The position numbers and the translations under genes are program-made. From NCBI GenBank assembly GCA_002633005.1, contig NMRA01000065.1, forward strand, positions 859,066-923,065: 64,000 nucleotides of DNA, written 5' to 3'. Positions within the stretch are counted from its first letter, which is position 1. Each line of letters starts with the position of its first letter. Origin of the DNA: Phoronis australis. Its lineage: Eukaryota; Animalia; Phoronida. This document shows positions 50,862 through 63,426 of this stretch, piece after piece. The notes under the pieces were generated by a model. It was not told where the DNA came from, ran no database searches, and was given only the letters and a program-made list of their open reading frames with translations.

Positions 50862-52880
50862 GCAGCAAACGGATTTCTCACTCCAAACAACGAAGCTCAT
50901 CACCGCCCTCTCAATTTCAAATGATGCCTGTAGAAGAACAGGATTCTTCGTCGCCCTTCAAATCGCACCGTTCAAGCTCTCCTAAAAGGCCCAAGAGTCA
51001 AAAGAAGCGTAGAGCATATCACTTGCCTTCACACTTATCTTCAAAGGGAAGCGGGTCTGAAATAAACTCAGACAGTGACCAAAAAAGGGAACAAAGGGGA
51101 GTCAGGCATAAGAAGACCAAGAAAAAGAGAGTTCGAAAAGTGACGAGAGCTACTTCTCCATTTTATGCTGTGGATAGTGTTGAAACTGCAAATGTTGTCG
51201 TGGGTAATGTTAGACATAATGACTGTCTGGAAAATGAAAAGGGACCTCTCCTGTCAGAGTTGGAGAGCCTGAAACAAGAAAAGGAAACTTTGTCATATGA
51301 TCTTAAATGTAAAAAGGAAGAGCACAGAAATGTGTTGGAATCTTTATTTGGTTTGCGTCATATTGAACGTAATATTAAGCAACGTCTTTCTGAACAACCA
51401 ACCGGAGACATAGAGGACTTGAATACAAGTGAAGGGGGATGTGGAAGGGGTGAAGGAAGCAGTCTTTATACACCTGTATGCTTTTATCCTCTCTGTGTGA
51501 ATCGAACACCAAACAGCATTGTTCATCGGTCCACTTCTCCTTTTTCAGTCCTGAAGGCAGAGTCACGATCAAGGTCTTTAACAGACCTTACAAGTTCAGA
51601 ATCTGATGAAAAATTTTCTCCAGTTTGTGAGAATAAATCTTTAACACCTGAAACACTTAAACCGCTATCTAGTTCTGCTTCGTTTCCATTAGAAGTGCGT
51701 CAACCAAAAATTGTAGGCACGTCTCCATTTCAAAATGTTGTTTTTGGTAGCAAGCTACATCTCCTCCCATCTGATAGACATTACAAGGGAGCTCATCACT
51801 CGTCTAGTCATCACAAGTGTGGAACACAGGGTGGCTTAAAACCGAGACCTCAGTCTCCGAGAAATAGAGCTCTTCCTGTAATTGGAGCTGACAAATCAAT
51901 GCCATCTGGGATGTCAAAAGGTCAAAGGCTGAGGTCATTATCTCTTGATTCCTCTCCTCTGACCTTTGGAAGGAAGGTTGCCTGGGATGGCTCACAGCAT
52001 TTAGCGTACTATGCAGAGGAAGATCTGGGGCTAATGCCTTCCACTGCCAGTATTCATATGGTGCCAGATGATGAAATGTCTCCAGCATTGGCTGAAAAGC
52101 GCAACACTGCACATGGTGGGTTTTTGGCAGATGTAAGTGATACAGATGGACTTGGTACCTTGATGAAGCCAACTCAAGATTCGTCGACACAAACTTCTCC
52201 AGTGGTATTGGTTGTTGACGTTAGGATGAGCAAGGACATTTCTCTTCCTGAGTTAGATGAGAAATCAAGCCTCAGGGAAATAGTTTCGGAAGACACTCAG
52301 TCTCAGCCTTTAGAAGTACATGATATGAACTTAGCATCAAAGAGAAACTCGATTACACAGACATCCCCTGTGATGCTAAGAAAGGTGCCAAGTGAAGTGT
52401 CTGAAGGTGAAGGGTCACAGAGCCGTAGGTCTAGTGTAGTCGGAACAACAGTTAAATGGGGAAAAGATGCTGAATTTTCTGTGCCGTGGGCATTAGACCT
52501 GGGCAATCGCCGGGATTCTCTATTGGCACATCTAAGAGCTGAGAGTGACCAGCCAGCTGAAGACCTTAAATCACATCTTGAAGATGCTATGTGGACTACA
52601 AAGAGGTTGTCTTCCAATACGCCATTAGATTTGAATGACGCACGGATTTTAACCATCTTGCATAGAATGGCGATATACACTCCTTGCAAAGATGTGGAAA
52701 AGCCGTCACCACCAAGTTCCCAGTCTGCCGGAACAGCTGTACTTGTACCCAGGCCTCCAAAGGAAGATAAGCCGCAATGGATGATGCAGGAGTTTGCAGA
52801 GCAACCGTCTCCGTGGCCTCTTAGACAGCGGACGAAGCATTGCAGCATTGAGGTTCCCAGTCTCCTGAGTGAGGAAGGAA
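50862..52880 (+). CDS. 2019-nt internal exon, Ser/Pro/Lys-rich with a short coiled coil, phase 1-1
   Basis: Contains the 655-aa ORF 50921-52888. The frame is open upstream to ctttctttt...ctaag| and the donor gga a|gtaagt lies just before the stop. Confidence 0.85.
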
Positions 52881-54548
52881 GTAAGTGACTACTGTCAGTT
52901 GATGTTTATTTAGTGGTCTGATGTGGAGTCTCATTCTCATCATTGCTCATCTCCTGCTATCCATCGTCGTCATCTTCATTGCTGTGGTCACTGTCTGTTT
53001 TTGTCACCATTGGCTGTAGACGTGGTCATCATGGTTGTCATCACCTTCATTGAGTTCTCAATTTTTTTATTCCGTGGCCGTTTTCTTCTCTTTTCATGGT
53101 CTTCCTCGCATAACTCCTTCTTGCTCATTTGTTGCTTGGATCATGTTTAGTCACTGCAGCCATGGAAGTCGCAATGTGATGTCAAAAGCTGAAGCCAATT
53201 ACCCCGCAGCAGGAGACTTCATCCAATCAGCTTTCAGGAGACATCATCCAATCACAGCTTTGCTAATTGAAGTGAATTTTTATGTCTATATCAGTCTAAG
53301 GTCAAAATCTTAAAATGGCATAACAAAATTTACAAGAAACAAGACAGATTGAGCTCTTTAGTATTCATATACAAATTGTTGTCTCGGTGTATCAATTACA
53401 AAGAAGTAACCATAATCAGGAAATTGAAAGAACTGGAGAACCTAACAATGACATTAAAACATGAAATTTCAGCTCCATATTATCAGAGTGTTAGTTGAAA
53501 AGAAGGGAATCACTTTAACAAAGTATTTAATATTTTTGTTCAATTCCATGTCACTCCACTCTTTGTAAATGTATAGTCTCAAAGTTAAAGACTCGAAAAA
53601 ACAATCAATTCAATGACCCACACTAGTGTACAAGTAATGAACCTTATTGATAATTAAACCATCAGTTATTTTATTTTAACTTGTTTTAGTTTGGTCACAT
53701 ACTCTTAGATTTGTTCCTGCTGTCAGCTGAGCTGATTTTCTTGTTCAAATATTAAGTGCTGTAGGTATTTTCGTACTGTAGTCTTCAAAATAAACTGGAC
53801 AACATTTAAATCGGACAGTGTCAGGCCACAAGCCATCTACTAAGTATCTGTTTAACTAGAATCTTTCTCAATTTTGACAAGGTCTCAGCCATCTTGTCAA
53901 AATTGCAACTTACTGTGCATGTCTGTTTTAATTAGCAGCCATGAGTTCTGTTGAAGTCTGTCTAGTCTATACTGAAAACTATTTCACCTTCCTTCACTAT
54001 TTGCTCTCATTCGTGCTTCAAAATCATTACTTGAAGCATTTCATAATTCACTCATAGCCATTGGACTCATATCAACTCAATAGTATTTTATTTTGTTTGT
54101 GGAATTTGATTTGGAAACTTTGCTCATCATACTTACTGCTTTACACTGTAAACCATGTTAACAAATTTGAAGCGGCTTTCAACTTGCACTCTAGTAACAA
54201 AACTAACTTTTGAATCCAGTGGTTTATTGCTATTGTCTCAACTTGTTCCTTGCTCAGACGAAAAGTGGTTTTTGAGACTGCCAAAAGGTGGCTAATCGTG
54301 TTGAGCAAAATGTCATTTTGTCAAATATCGCATAAAAAATAACGTTTCAGGAAAATTTGTTTGCTTTGAGCATGGTTTGCATGGGTGTAGCTATTAACAA
54401 ACAATATTTGGCAAAATTTTGAGCATCTTTGACAATTTTGGTACACCTCTAAAAATAGAAATATGTTAATTTTAGCAATTATTTTTGGCCCAAATTGAAG
54501 AAATTTTACTGTAGGCCACTTATACAATCCTGCTCTCAACCAATGGCA

Positions 54549-54650
54549 AACTGTCTGTTCCTCCCACTAAACTGTGCGGTGAACTGTCTGTTCCTCCCAC
54601 TAAACTGTGTGGGGAACTGTCTGTTCCTCCCACTAAACTCTGTGGGGAAC
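54549..54650. repeat. 33-bp minisatellite, 3 copies
   Basis: aactgtctgttcctcccactaaactgtg-type units. Confidence 0.9.
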
Positions 54651-55118
54651 AAATTGGGACCAATATCTTATTATCAGTAAATGGTCTTGGTCAAAAGTTA
54701 GTGCTCGCAATAGAAGATGGGCTTGTCAAACTGACTTTGCTGTTGTGTGGCCGACGTTAACACATTAAAGTCACAAGATTGTAACTAATAATACAGCTGC
54801 ATTTGTGACAGTGAGCACAATTAATTAATTATTATTATGCATTACATTATTCTGACTTCACCACTTGTTCCAATTTTTGCACAGAATACAAAATGACGCA
54901 CAAACAGGGACAAAGAGAGAAGATTGGTCGTTTACAACAATGCTTAAGTGACCAATCCTCTGAATGTAAACTCGAATTAGGGATCTTCTGTGGTTATGAA
55001 AACCATTTCAGACAGCCTTAACATACATTTGATTGAAACTATTGAAACTTTAACACTTTGCTCTTTTCAAAGTTTGTTACTGAAATCAAAGTGACTAACG
55101 AAAGTGTCATTGAAACAG

Positions 55119-55312
55119 GGCCCCAGAGTTCGGTTAGTCATGCTCCTGTAAAGTCCAGTGCGAGGGTTCGTGGGAGCACCTTGGCTCATGTTACGTTCAG
55201 CTCTCATAAGACTCAGCATGAGAAGTGCTCCAAGATTATACAACATCTCAAGTCTTCTTTGCCGGAAATTATCTCGTCTTCCGACTCCGACGTGAAATTA
55301 TACGTCAAGCAA
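55119..55312 (+). CDS. Exon (R)PQSSVSHAPVKSS...SDVKLYVKQ, phase 1-0
   Basis: gaaacag|...|gtgagt; same frame as ORF 55058. Confidence 0.75.
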
Positions 55313-55493
55313 GTGAGTTCTTAATGTCTTGTTTTGACTGTCATTTGTCTTGGAGGAAATGTTCGAATTTTACAAAATTGCTTTGTTTGCCGATAGACCT
55401 AATTCATGTGGCAGGCATTAAAATCTGAAGCGAGGCTCACTGCGATAAACAATGCGGAAGTTGACATTGCGTGAGTTAAATAACCGGCGTGCA

Positions 55494-55632
55494 TTCAGTA
55501 ACGCTAGGACCTACGCTAGGACCTAGCTAAAATCTAGTCAAAGGCACATGTTCTCAACATATAAAATACACGTCAATATCTCACGTAATGCTGCAAAGTC
55601 TTGCTTTTTAGCGAGGTCCTAGTGTTACTGAA
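55494..55632. mobile_element. Small palindromic MITE relic
   Basis: TTCAGTAACGCTAGGACC ... GGTCCTAGTGTTACTGAA. Confidence 0.6.
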
Positions 55633-56321
55633 CTGGGGGGGCGGTCTTTCAAGTCCAACTTGGATATTAAATCTTAAAAATGTGTCAATCAAAACCACAG
55701 GGACTTAGAAAAATACATCAGAGAACATGTCAATGCACCAAAGAGTTTTCTGATGAAATGGTAAACTATAAGTTTTTTTCCGTAAAACTAGGTTTGAAAC
55801 ATGAAAAGTAAATATGACCAAATTGCGATGATCGTAGTGCTACAGATTAGGTATTATGCTGAATGCAGGGTTACGTTTCATCTTGTAAATTGGTCATCTG
55901 CTCGTATTGTTGGAGTTGAAAACATATTTTCTCAATGGTGGCTCATTACATTGTGCTGTCATGTGCAATTAGTCACAACTGGTTTAATTTGTTCATCAAG
56001 AATATTAGCATCAAGCGCATAGCCTAGGTCCTGGCAGGCACTTAACCGGGACTCTCAGTTGATTTGTCATTGATCTGAAAGAATAAATGATGTTCTTAAA
56101 AATAAATTTCTATTAAAATAAAAAACCAGGCTCGTAATTGAAAATAGAAATTATTTGACCATCAATTCTGCTTTCTTGGTTTTAATAATTACGTCTATTT
56201 CATGTGTTAGGTTTCAAATATTAATCTGGACCAAGTTGAATTTTAAAATTAAAACATCAGTCTTCTTTCGTCCAAAGCACATCTTGTTTTAGAGCTCAAT
56301 TTCAGTTAACTGGACAGAACA

Positions 56322-56414
56322 CAGTGGCGGATTTAGAGGGGGGGCCATGGCAAAATCCTGGCTAATACTCTGCCCTGCCCCACCCCTAACTCAAAAATCC
56401 TGGATCTGCCCCTG
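56322..56414. mobile_element. Short MITE with CAGTGGCGGAT...ATCTGCCCCTG ends
   Basis: Inverted termini; gaaca on both flanks. Confidence 0.6.
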
Positions 56415-57290
56415 GAACATGCACAGTTATCATGTTTCTCCAGGGGCCTTGTTCATGCGAGGAGAAAGGTGCCCGTGCCTTCTGAGAGAGGAATTTTTCG
56501 CCGAGTGAGGTGAAAAAATCTACCTCCCAATCACCATCAACAGCGCCCCCGCCCTTTTGCGAGCTTTCATAGGCTCTTTCAAATTCTCACCTTTGTGGTT
56601 ACAGTCGGGTGATTTGAACTTCGTAGAGAAATTTTCAATCACTAGGGGAATTTTAATTAGGCCTCGTGGAGGGAATTGCATGTGATTTTACAATATTTTT
56701 GAGAGGGGAATACGGCCCCAAAAATCGAGGGATTGAGGGCCCTGTTTTTTGGAAAGAAAAATGCATCAGGTTTCAACCTGTAGTCATGAAAACACAGCCT
56801 GGCTGGCTGTAGATTCACCAGTCGTTGCTATGATGCTCGGCAACCAAGATGCGACAAAATCTGATCTAACTTTTCAAAAACATTTATAAATTTTACACGG
56901 ATATATTTTCCTTCGTCGCGGCGTATGGCAACGACCCAACGCTTCCGAATCTCAACGTCCTTAGGGATTGTAAAACAGACAGCTTGGTGTCTGTATTTTT
57001 ACTAGCCTTTTGAGCAACGCGAAATACAACTATGCGGATAAGCCAACAGAGCTATGGTAGCAAGCCTCATTTTGGAACACGCCTCCTGTTGGCATGAATT
57101 TGGTCTATGTGTACTTGTTGAATGATTTTGCAATTGTCTGTAGTCGATAGTTATTTTTAATAAGTTCGCTTATGAAATGCACACAAAATTATTCTCAGTT
57201 CTTAATTTGTTGAATAGTTTACACAATTTTAATATCATTGAACATTCCGTTTGACTCCAAGTTACAGGCATTACATTAATTATTCACCAG

Positions 57291-57413
57291 GTGGAGTACT
57301 TGGAGCATTTCATGAAAGAACTGCAGGAAGACTCTGAGATCAAGAATACACAACTGAAGTACCACGTGCAGCAGATATCTAATCTCAGTAGTCAGATGCA
57401 GGACATGCAAGTG
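57291..57413 (+). CDS. Exon VEYLEHFMKELQEDSEIKNTQLKYHVQQISNLSSQMQDMQV (coiled coil), phase 0-0
   Basis: tattcaccag|...|gtaatt. Confidence 0.8.
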
Positions 57414-58445
57414 GTAATTAATGATTTTTATAAAGCCCAGAAAGGAATTTGAAAGTTTGAGAGAATTGATTATCTAAAACCACTTTGCGGTGGTGAATAT
57501 GTAGTCCTGTCTATGTCTGTCACGCCAAATAATGTGAATAGGCTAGAGGTTATGAAGACCAACAGATTTTAGAAATGAATAATTGGACGACTTGCTAACT
57601 TTGAGGTGGTGTCATTTGGCATGTTCGCACCACCCTGGACGTGCTAGAAAACTGTAATCTATTTGTTATCCCTTGTTTTTTCAGAACGTGTTTCAAAACA
57701 AAAATGTGATTGGCCATTACAGGGACAATTATGCTTGGATGCACAATGTCACTTTATTGTTTTGATGAGAACTGGCTTTCTGTTACAGACAGGGGTACAT
57801 TCAGGTCATACATCTTTACATACGGTGGTCACCGTGACATAATCCCTATTAAGCCCAGGCACAGGGAATAAAAAAACCATTAGTTAGACTAGAGCAATAA
57901 TTGTATTTTAACAACACAAGACTCAAACTTGCATTACCAACAAGAGTCAGTAGACTCTCCACTAAAAAGCTTGCTGTCCTTGCAAGAGTAATTTGTCTCA
58001 TCAAACCTGCCAGTGCCTTTATGTGACTTCCTGAAGTGAATATGTTGTAAATTTATTTGTATTTTGTTTATACTGCATTGTGAATGTCCAAGTGTGTACC
58101 TTTTATTTATTTAGCTGACCAGCATGCAATTGGCCTATTGCAAGCTCCATACCCCCTTGTGAAATGCCGTCAAACTAATTATAAATTTTACCCGGCAACG
58201 TGTTGTTTGTCAGGTAAATGGCAACTTGGAAACGAAGGTGTGTCAAAAATGCTGCATTCTGATTGGTCAGTTAAGCCTTCACTCAAAATCCTGGCAATAG
58301 GTCAATTGTTTGGTGCTGTTGGAATATGTGCTTTGAACTGAACGATATTTTATCAATCATTTCGCCTTAAATCTATTTGAGTAAATAATTCTGCTGAGGT
58401 GCATAATACGAATGATTATAAAGCCAATGGACTTGATTGTGGTAG

Positions 58446-58550
58446 GAACACGCCAAACAATTGGAAGCTGCCACTACATCCAGTTCACTGGATCTGTTGG
58501 AAAAGAGAGAACTTCTTGTTCAACTCCCTGAGATAGAAGGATACATACAA
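58446..58550 (+). CDS. Exon EHAKQLEAATTSSSLDLLEKRELLVQLPEIEGYIQ, phase 0-0
   Basis: ttgtggtag|...|gtaagt. Confidence 0.8.
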
Positions 58551-59317
58551 GTAAGTTTGGTCTGTTCCTTTTTAACATTCGACAGACAGGTAATGTTACA
58601 ACAGTACTGTAGTGCATTCAGCCATGACAGTAAAGGTTGCACACACTAACGATGCAAAAGAAGCTTTTCGTTTAGACCACTCACTGTTTTTGTGATAAGA
58701 TCCTGAAACGATCTAAATACCCCTCTATTTATTAACCATATTGCCGATCAGTGTGGCCAGGCCATTGGATAACCACTTGGGTCCAGGAACACCAAACTCT
58801 GAACTCCATTAGGAAATCGACCAATCACATCGCATAAAATCTGAAAGTTTACTCAAAGCTGTCAGGTCTTGCGATTGGTGAATTTTTGACACAGTTGAGT
58901 CTGGAATAGGATATTGTCAGTGGCATTGTTCTTGGGCCCCGAATATAATCTTTGTTCTCCTATGTCCTGAACTTTGCCCTTATTACACTCATTTTTTTGG
59001 AAAATCTTGAGTTTTTACTCGAGTTGAAGTGGAGCGGAAAATGTCAAAATATTATTCTGGGTTGGATTTTGTGCACAAAATGGTTAGACGCCATTCCCTG
59101 AAGTGTTGAAGTTGTGTTTACATCTACTCGTTGGATTGTTTCAACCAAGATGGCTTGGCTTGCAGGCCTACATTCAGAGGAAGGTCATGATTTCATGTTG
59201 TTTTCTCTCTGCAACTAAGGATAATAGTCACTGATGGTTGGGATGTGACAGACTCCTTTAAAACGGACATTCTGCACTTACTTTGCACAAAAATAGTTGC
59301 CAAAATTATAAGTTGTC

Positions 59318-61047
59318 CATGCTATGAACAGTCCCACTAAAAAGATTGGTCCTAACCCCGATCGTCAAGGTAAACGGTGGGGTATGGAAAATTGAATTAG
59401 ACCGTATTTATCCACCTTGGCTGAGTCGCGCTCGGCTCATGATCAAAGGGATGCCGCCAAGCTGCTCTATTCATCGAGTCACAAGCGAGGATAATTGGCT
59501 TCGCTCATGCGGATATGATCAGCTGATTACAATCTACCTAGCAGACTACTTTTTATGGAGAGAGTTACAAGTAGTTTTTACTGTAATATTTGAAAAGAGG
59601 AGCGAAAGCAAATATGAACTTTGAATTTTTCAAATCAGCCCAGGATAAGAGATTTTGCAACACAGCAACACTCACGATTACTTTCAATCGGCGCGCACGA
59701 ATACAAAAATGTAGGACCCAAGTTATTTAGATTTTGCAACACATGCATTGCAATATTCAAAATACGTTTATTATGAATCTTACAAGCTGTAAAATGACGT
59801 TGTTTAATTTCATTGTGCTCATTCATTGTCATCCGTCAAATCGGCAATTTCCGAGATGTGATCTGCGGCGTGCACGTATGTGTACAAAACACGTGATTGT
59901 TATGTTCCTGAAGTACGAAAATTAAGAAACTTTAGCATGCCGTTATTATTGACAGGGACACGATAAAACGAATTTAGATTTTGACTATAGTCTTGATACA
60001 GCGAGCTGGCTGACCACTGCGTCAGTGTCTCCGTTAGACCCAGAAATTTCACACAGCCCGGGTAGTTCACTTCGTCCCCAACATGTAGATCGAGCCTTGG
60101 ACTATTAATACTCCACGGTAGAGCTAACGACCGTCGGCCTGTGCACACAAAATCTGTGAGTTAACCAGCACTCACCTTGCACGTTGCAGCCGTTTAAATG
60201 AAAAAACAATCTAGTAAACGCCATTTTCCTGCATAATCCTCCGCCTTTTGTAACAAAAAAGTCTATCGTCGATGACCCACACACGCACGCTCCGGCACTC
60301 ACTCTCATACGCAGACGAACTTCAAAACAAACGTCACGTGACAACAACATGTGTGTTCATCCAGAGATTTTTCTCGTGTTGTGGGGTACGATGTAGCGCA
60401 GATTTGCACTTAATCGCAATTAATCTGGACTCCACATGAACTTTAAAAATTGTAAAACATAAGGAAGATTTCAGGTAATTTGTTGAGTCGAAACTATATT
60501 TTTATTCAAGAGTTCAAGTTTTCCTATTGACGATCGCGATTCAGCGACGCATCAGTCGGCAAGTTTTCGCCCTGTGATGAGCACAATTTTTTGAAAAATT
60601 ATCGTAATTTAACAACGGAAGTTCATAGCAATGCACCACAATTTTGTAGAAAGACTGTCATAGGCTAAAAATACGTCACAGAGCGTAAATTTTATGAATC
60701 CTAGCTTCCGATTTTACCCGTTTGGGAAACCGGCTTTCAACTGCCGTAGGCTACAATAAGAATCCCCTCCCCGTGAAATGATTTTTTCTAAGCGTTTATT
60801 AGAGCCAATACAGTATACAGCTTTCCACCAAGGCTAGGTGATAATAGGACATTATTCTCTGTTGCATTAGTAACTGGTCTTGGCTAATTATCATTTTATG
60901 GCCTGGTCATCCATTCAGCCAAATAGAGGTGGCTTATCAGCCAATTATTCATGCATGCTGACTCGCAATAGAAGCCTGATAAAAGTGAAGGTGGATAAAT
61001 GCAGTGTTCCTACAGTTTCTTGTGCTAGTGGATGTGTTCACGACATG
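59318..61047. mobile_element. Same element, complete copy B (1730 bp)
   Basis: TC|CATGCTATGAACA ... TGTTCACGACATG|TC; subterminal inverted ATTTATCCACCTT/AAGGTGGATAAAT. Confidence 0.85.
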
Positions 61048-61098
61048 TCGATTTTCAAAGATTGGTTATTTTGATAGAAAATGAATGGAAATTGTTAC

Positions 61099-63086
61099 CA
61101 AACCATCTACAACCATGTTAAAGAGGGTGGGTGAGGCAGCACCACCCTGAGGTGTTCCTCTGGTGATGCGAACCGCCACTCTCGCATTGTCTAGACAATC
61201 AATCTGTGACTGCTTGTCTAGACAATGCGAGAGTGGCGGTTCACATCACCAGAGGAACACCTCAGGGTGGTGCTGCCTCACCCACCCTCTTTAACATGGT
61301 TATAGATGGTTTGCTTCGACAATTATCTACTGACATGGGTCCAAGCTTGTATGTTCAAGCCTATGCATATGATATTGTTCTCAGTGTGTCTAGCATTGAT
61401 CTTGACACATGTCGCTATCTTGATCAAACAGCCACATGGGCTAAGTCAGTTGCCTTAGAAATTAGTGGTAGCAAAACAAAAGTGATTATGTTCACTTGGA
61501 AGCTTAAATGGTCAATGCGGCCTTTAACGCTGAATGGTAAACATCTTGATCTTGTAGAAAATGCGACTTACTTAGGTGTCATTTTACACCATCGTCTTTC
61601 CTGGACCCCGCATATTACAGAAAATATCTCAAAAGCCAAATCTGCCTTGGTGAGATGCAGTCGTGCGGTGGGTAAAACTTGGGGAATGTCCCCCAAGAAT
61701 ATGTTCTGGATTTATACTGCTGTTATCCGACCTATAATGCCCTACGCTTCGTCGGTATGGGTAACGGCATTAAAACAGATTACAGTTATCAACAAACTTA
61801 GGCAGCTGCAACGTCTAGCTTGTCTGTGCATAACCTCTGCTTTTCCAGGAACGCCTTCTGCAGCCCTAGAAATGCTAATCGGTCTACCACCACTGAACAT
61901 ATACCTTGAGGGTGAAGCTGCATGTGCTGCACTTCGTCTCAGATATAATGGTCAGTGGGTGAAAACTAACATCCCTGACTCCGTTGCTCACAGAAGCCAC
62001 AGGAATGTTTGCAATAAGCTAATGGCCAAGACTGGGCAACTATGGAACATGCCTAGTGATGTCCAGGTCACAGCTTTAAATCATACAAACAATTTCTTCA
62101 CGGAAATTGGCATTGGATGGCCTACCGCAGAATACAAGAATGAAGTGGTTTGTTATACGGACAGCTCTAAACTGGAAAATGGCCAGACAGGTGCTGGGGT
62201 CTACTTTCCAAGCCTTCCTGTTGCAGATGCAGAAAACTGGGTATCGCTAGGCAATCTTAATTGCCACGGTGTTTCAGGCTGAGATCACTGCATTTAATAG
62301 AGCTGCTCAACTGGCACAACAATATAACACTGAACTTGGCAATCGGCCACTATTACCATCTTTTCAGATAGCCAGGCAGCAATAAAAGCCCTAAAGAAAC
62401 TAAGGGTCAACTCTGGTTGTGTTAATGCTTGTATTAATGAGCTTAACAAGCTTGCAATTGAAAGAACCGTCAATATACGCCGGGTCAGGGCCCATGTGGG
62501 AATTGATGGCAATGAGAATGCAGACAGACTCGCAAAGATAGGAGCAATCGTTCTGCATTTTGTGCCTGAACCTGCTATCCCGGTATCTTACGGATGTTGC
62601 AGGACCGGGGTACATACCCAGTCAGCAGCCCAGTGGGCATCACTTAACTCCTGCAGAGAGACCAAGGAGAATTTTCCCAATGTGATCGAACCAAAAGGTT
62701 CAAAAAGCCTTCTGAGTCTAGATAGATTGGGTATAAGACATGTCATTCAAATTTTGACGGGCCACTGCAACCTAGCCCGACACAGACACATTACTGTGCA
62801 TATGAGGAGCCCAGTGTGTCTTGAGTGTGGTACTGACGTAGAATCTCCTAAACACCGGGTAGAGTCTTGCCCAGCTTTTTATAGGCTAAGGAGCAACCTA
62901 CTGGATGGCACTGTTACATGCCTACAACATATAGTACATGACAACAAATGGAATTTCTTCACGAGAAGCCATAATTGGGCTCTCGTGCTTTTGCTGAGGT
63001 GTTTTGTGCAATGGGCCCAAAGATGAGGCCTGCACGCGTCTGATGCACTGCAAATGACATCAGACCACCTGCACTGTTTTTTTTTT
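61099..63086 (+). mobile_element. 5'-truncated non-LTR retrotransposon with RT, RNase H and CCHC knuckle (I/Loa/Tad1-type group), inactivated
   Basis: RT: GTPQGGAASPTLFN, YAYD (degenerate YADD), YLGV. RNase H: YTDSSK, VFQAE, FSDSQAA, HVGIDGNENADRLAK across two frameshifts (about 62260 and 62345). Knuckle CLECGTDVESPKHRVESC. Candidate TSD TTACCAAA at 61095 and 63085. Confidence 0.92.
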
Positions 63087-63313
63087 ACCAAATGTTGCTG
63101 TATGGCATCTACTTGACTTTTGTACAAAATATAAACCATGTATAAAATTTGTGGAGATATTTTACAAAACGGAATTTCATTTGTCAGACATATTGTGCTA
63201 AGTAAGTGAAGAATCAACTTAAAGGCACTTTATTTCAAGACCACTAAGTGTGAAATGTTGACTTTGTGGTATATTGTCCTTTTGGTTATCAGATAATATC
63301 TTTTCATTCTCAG

Positions 63314-63426
63314 TCTGTCTTGCCGACTTTGAAGAAACACGCCAAGAAAGTTGTTCACAATTTAAAACAAAAGTTTGAAGTGGAACTTTTCAAGAACATG
63401 TTGTATTTGAATGCAGAAGAAAGAAA
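63314..63426 (+). CDS. Exon SVLPTLKKHAKKVVHNLKQKFEVELFKNMLYLNAEER, phase 0-2; gene probably continues beyond the window
   Basis: ttttcattctcag|...aa|gtgagt. Confidence 0.8.

Larger units (their letters stand above)
4511..63426 (+). other. Large multi-exon gene (partial) encoding a coiled-coil and low-complexity protein, tentatively FAM186A/B-like
   Basis: About 30 exons with canonical AG/GT junctions and matching intron phases join into one open frame. Family assignment is from remembered similarity only. Confidence 0.85.

Noticed and set aside
50921-52888. 655-aa ORF as a stand-alone gene
   Set aside because: It has an in-frame acceptor upstream and a strong gtaagt donor just before the stop, with phases matching the neighbouring exons.
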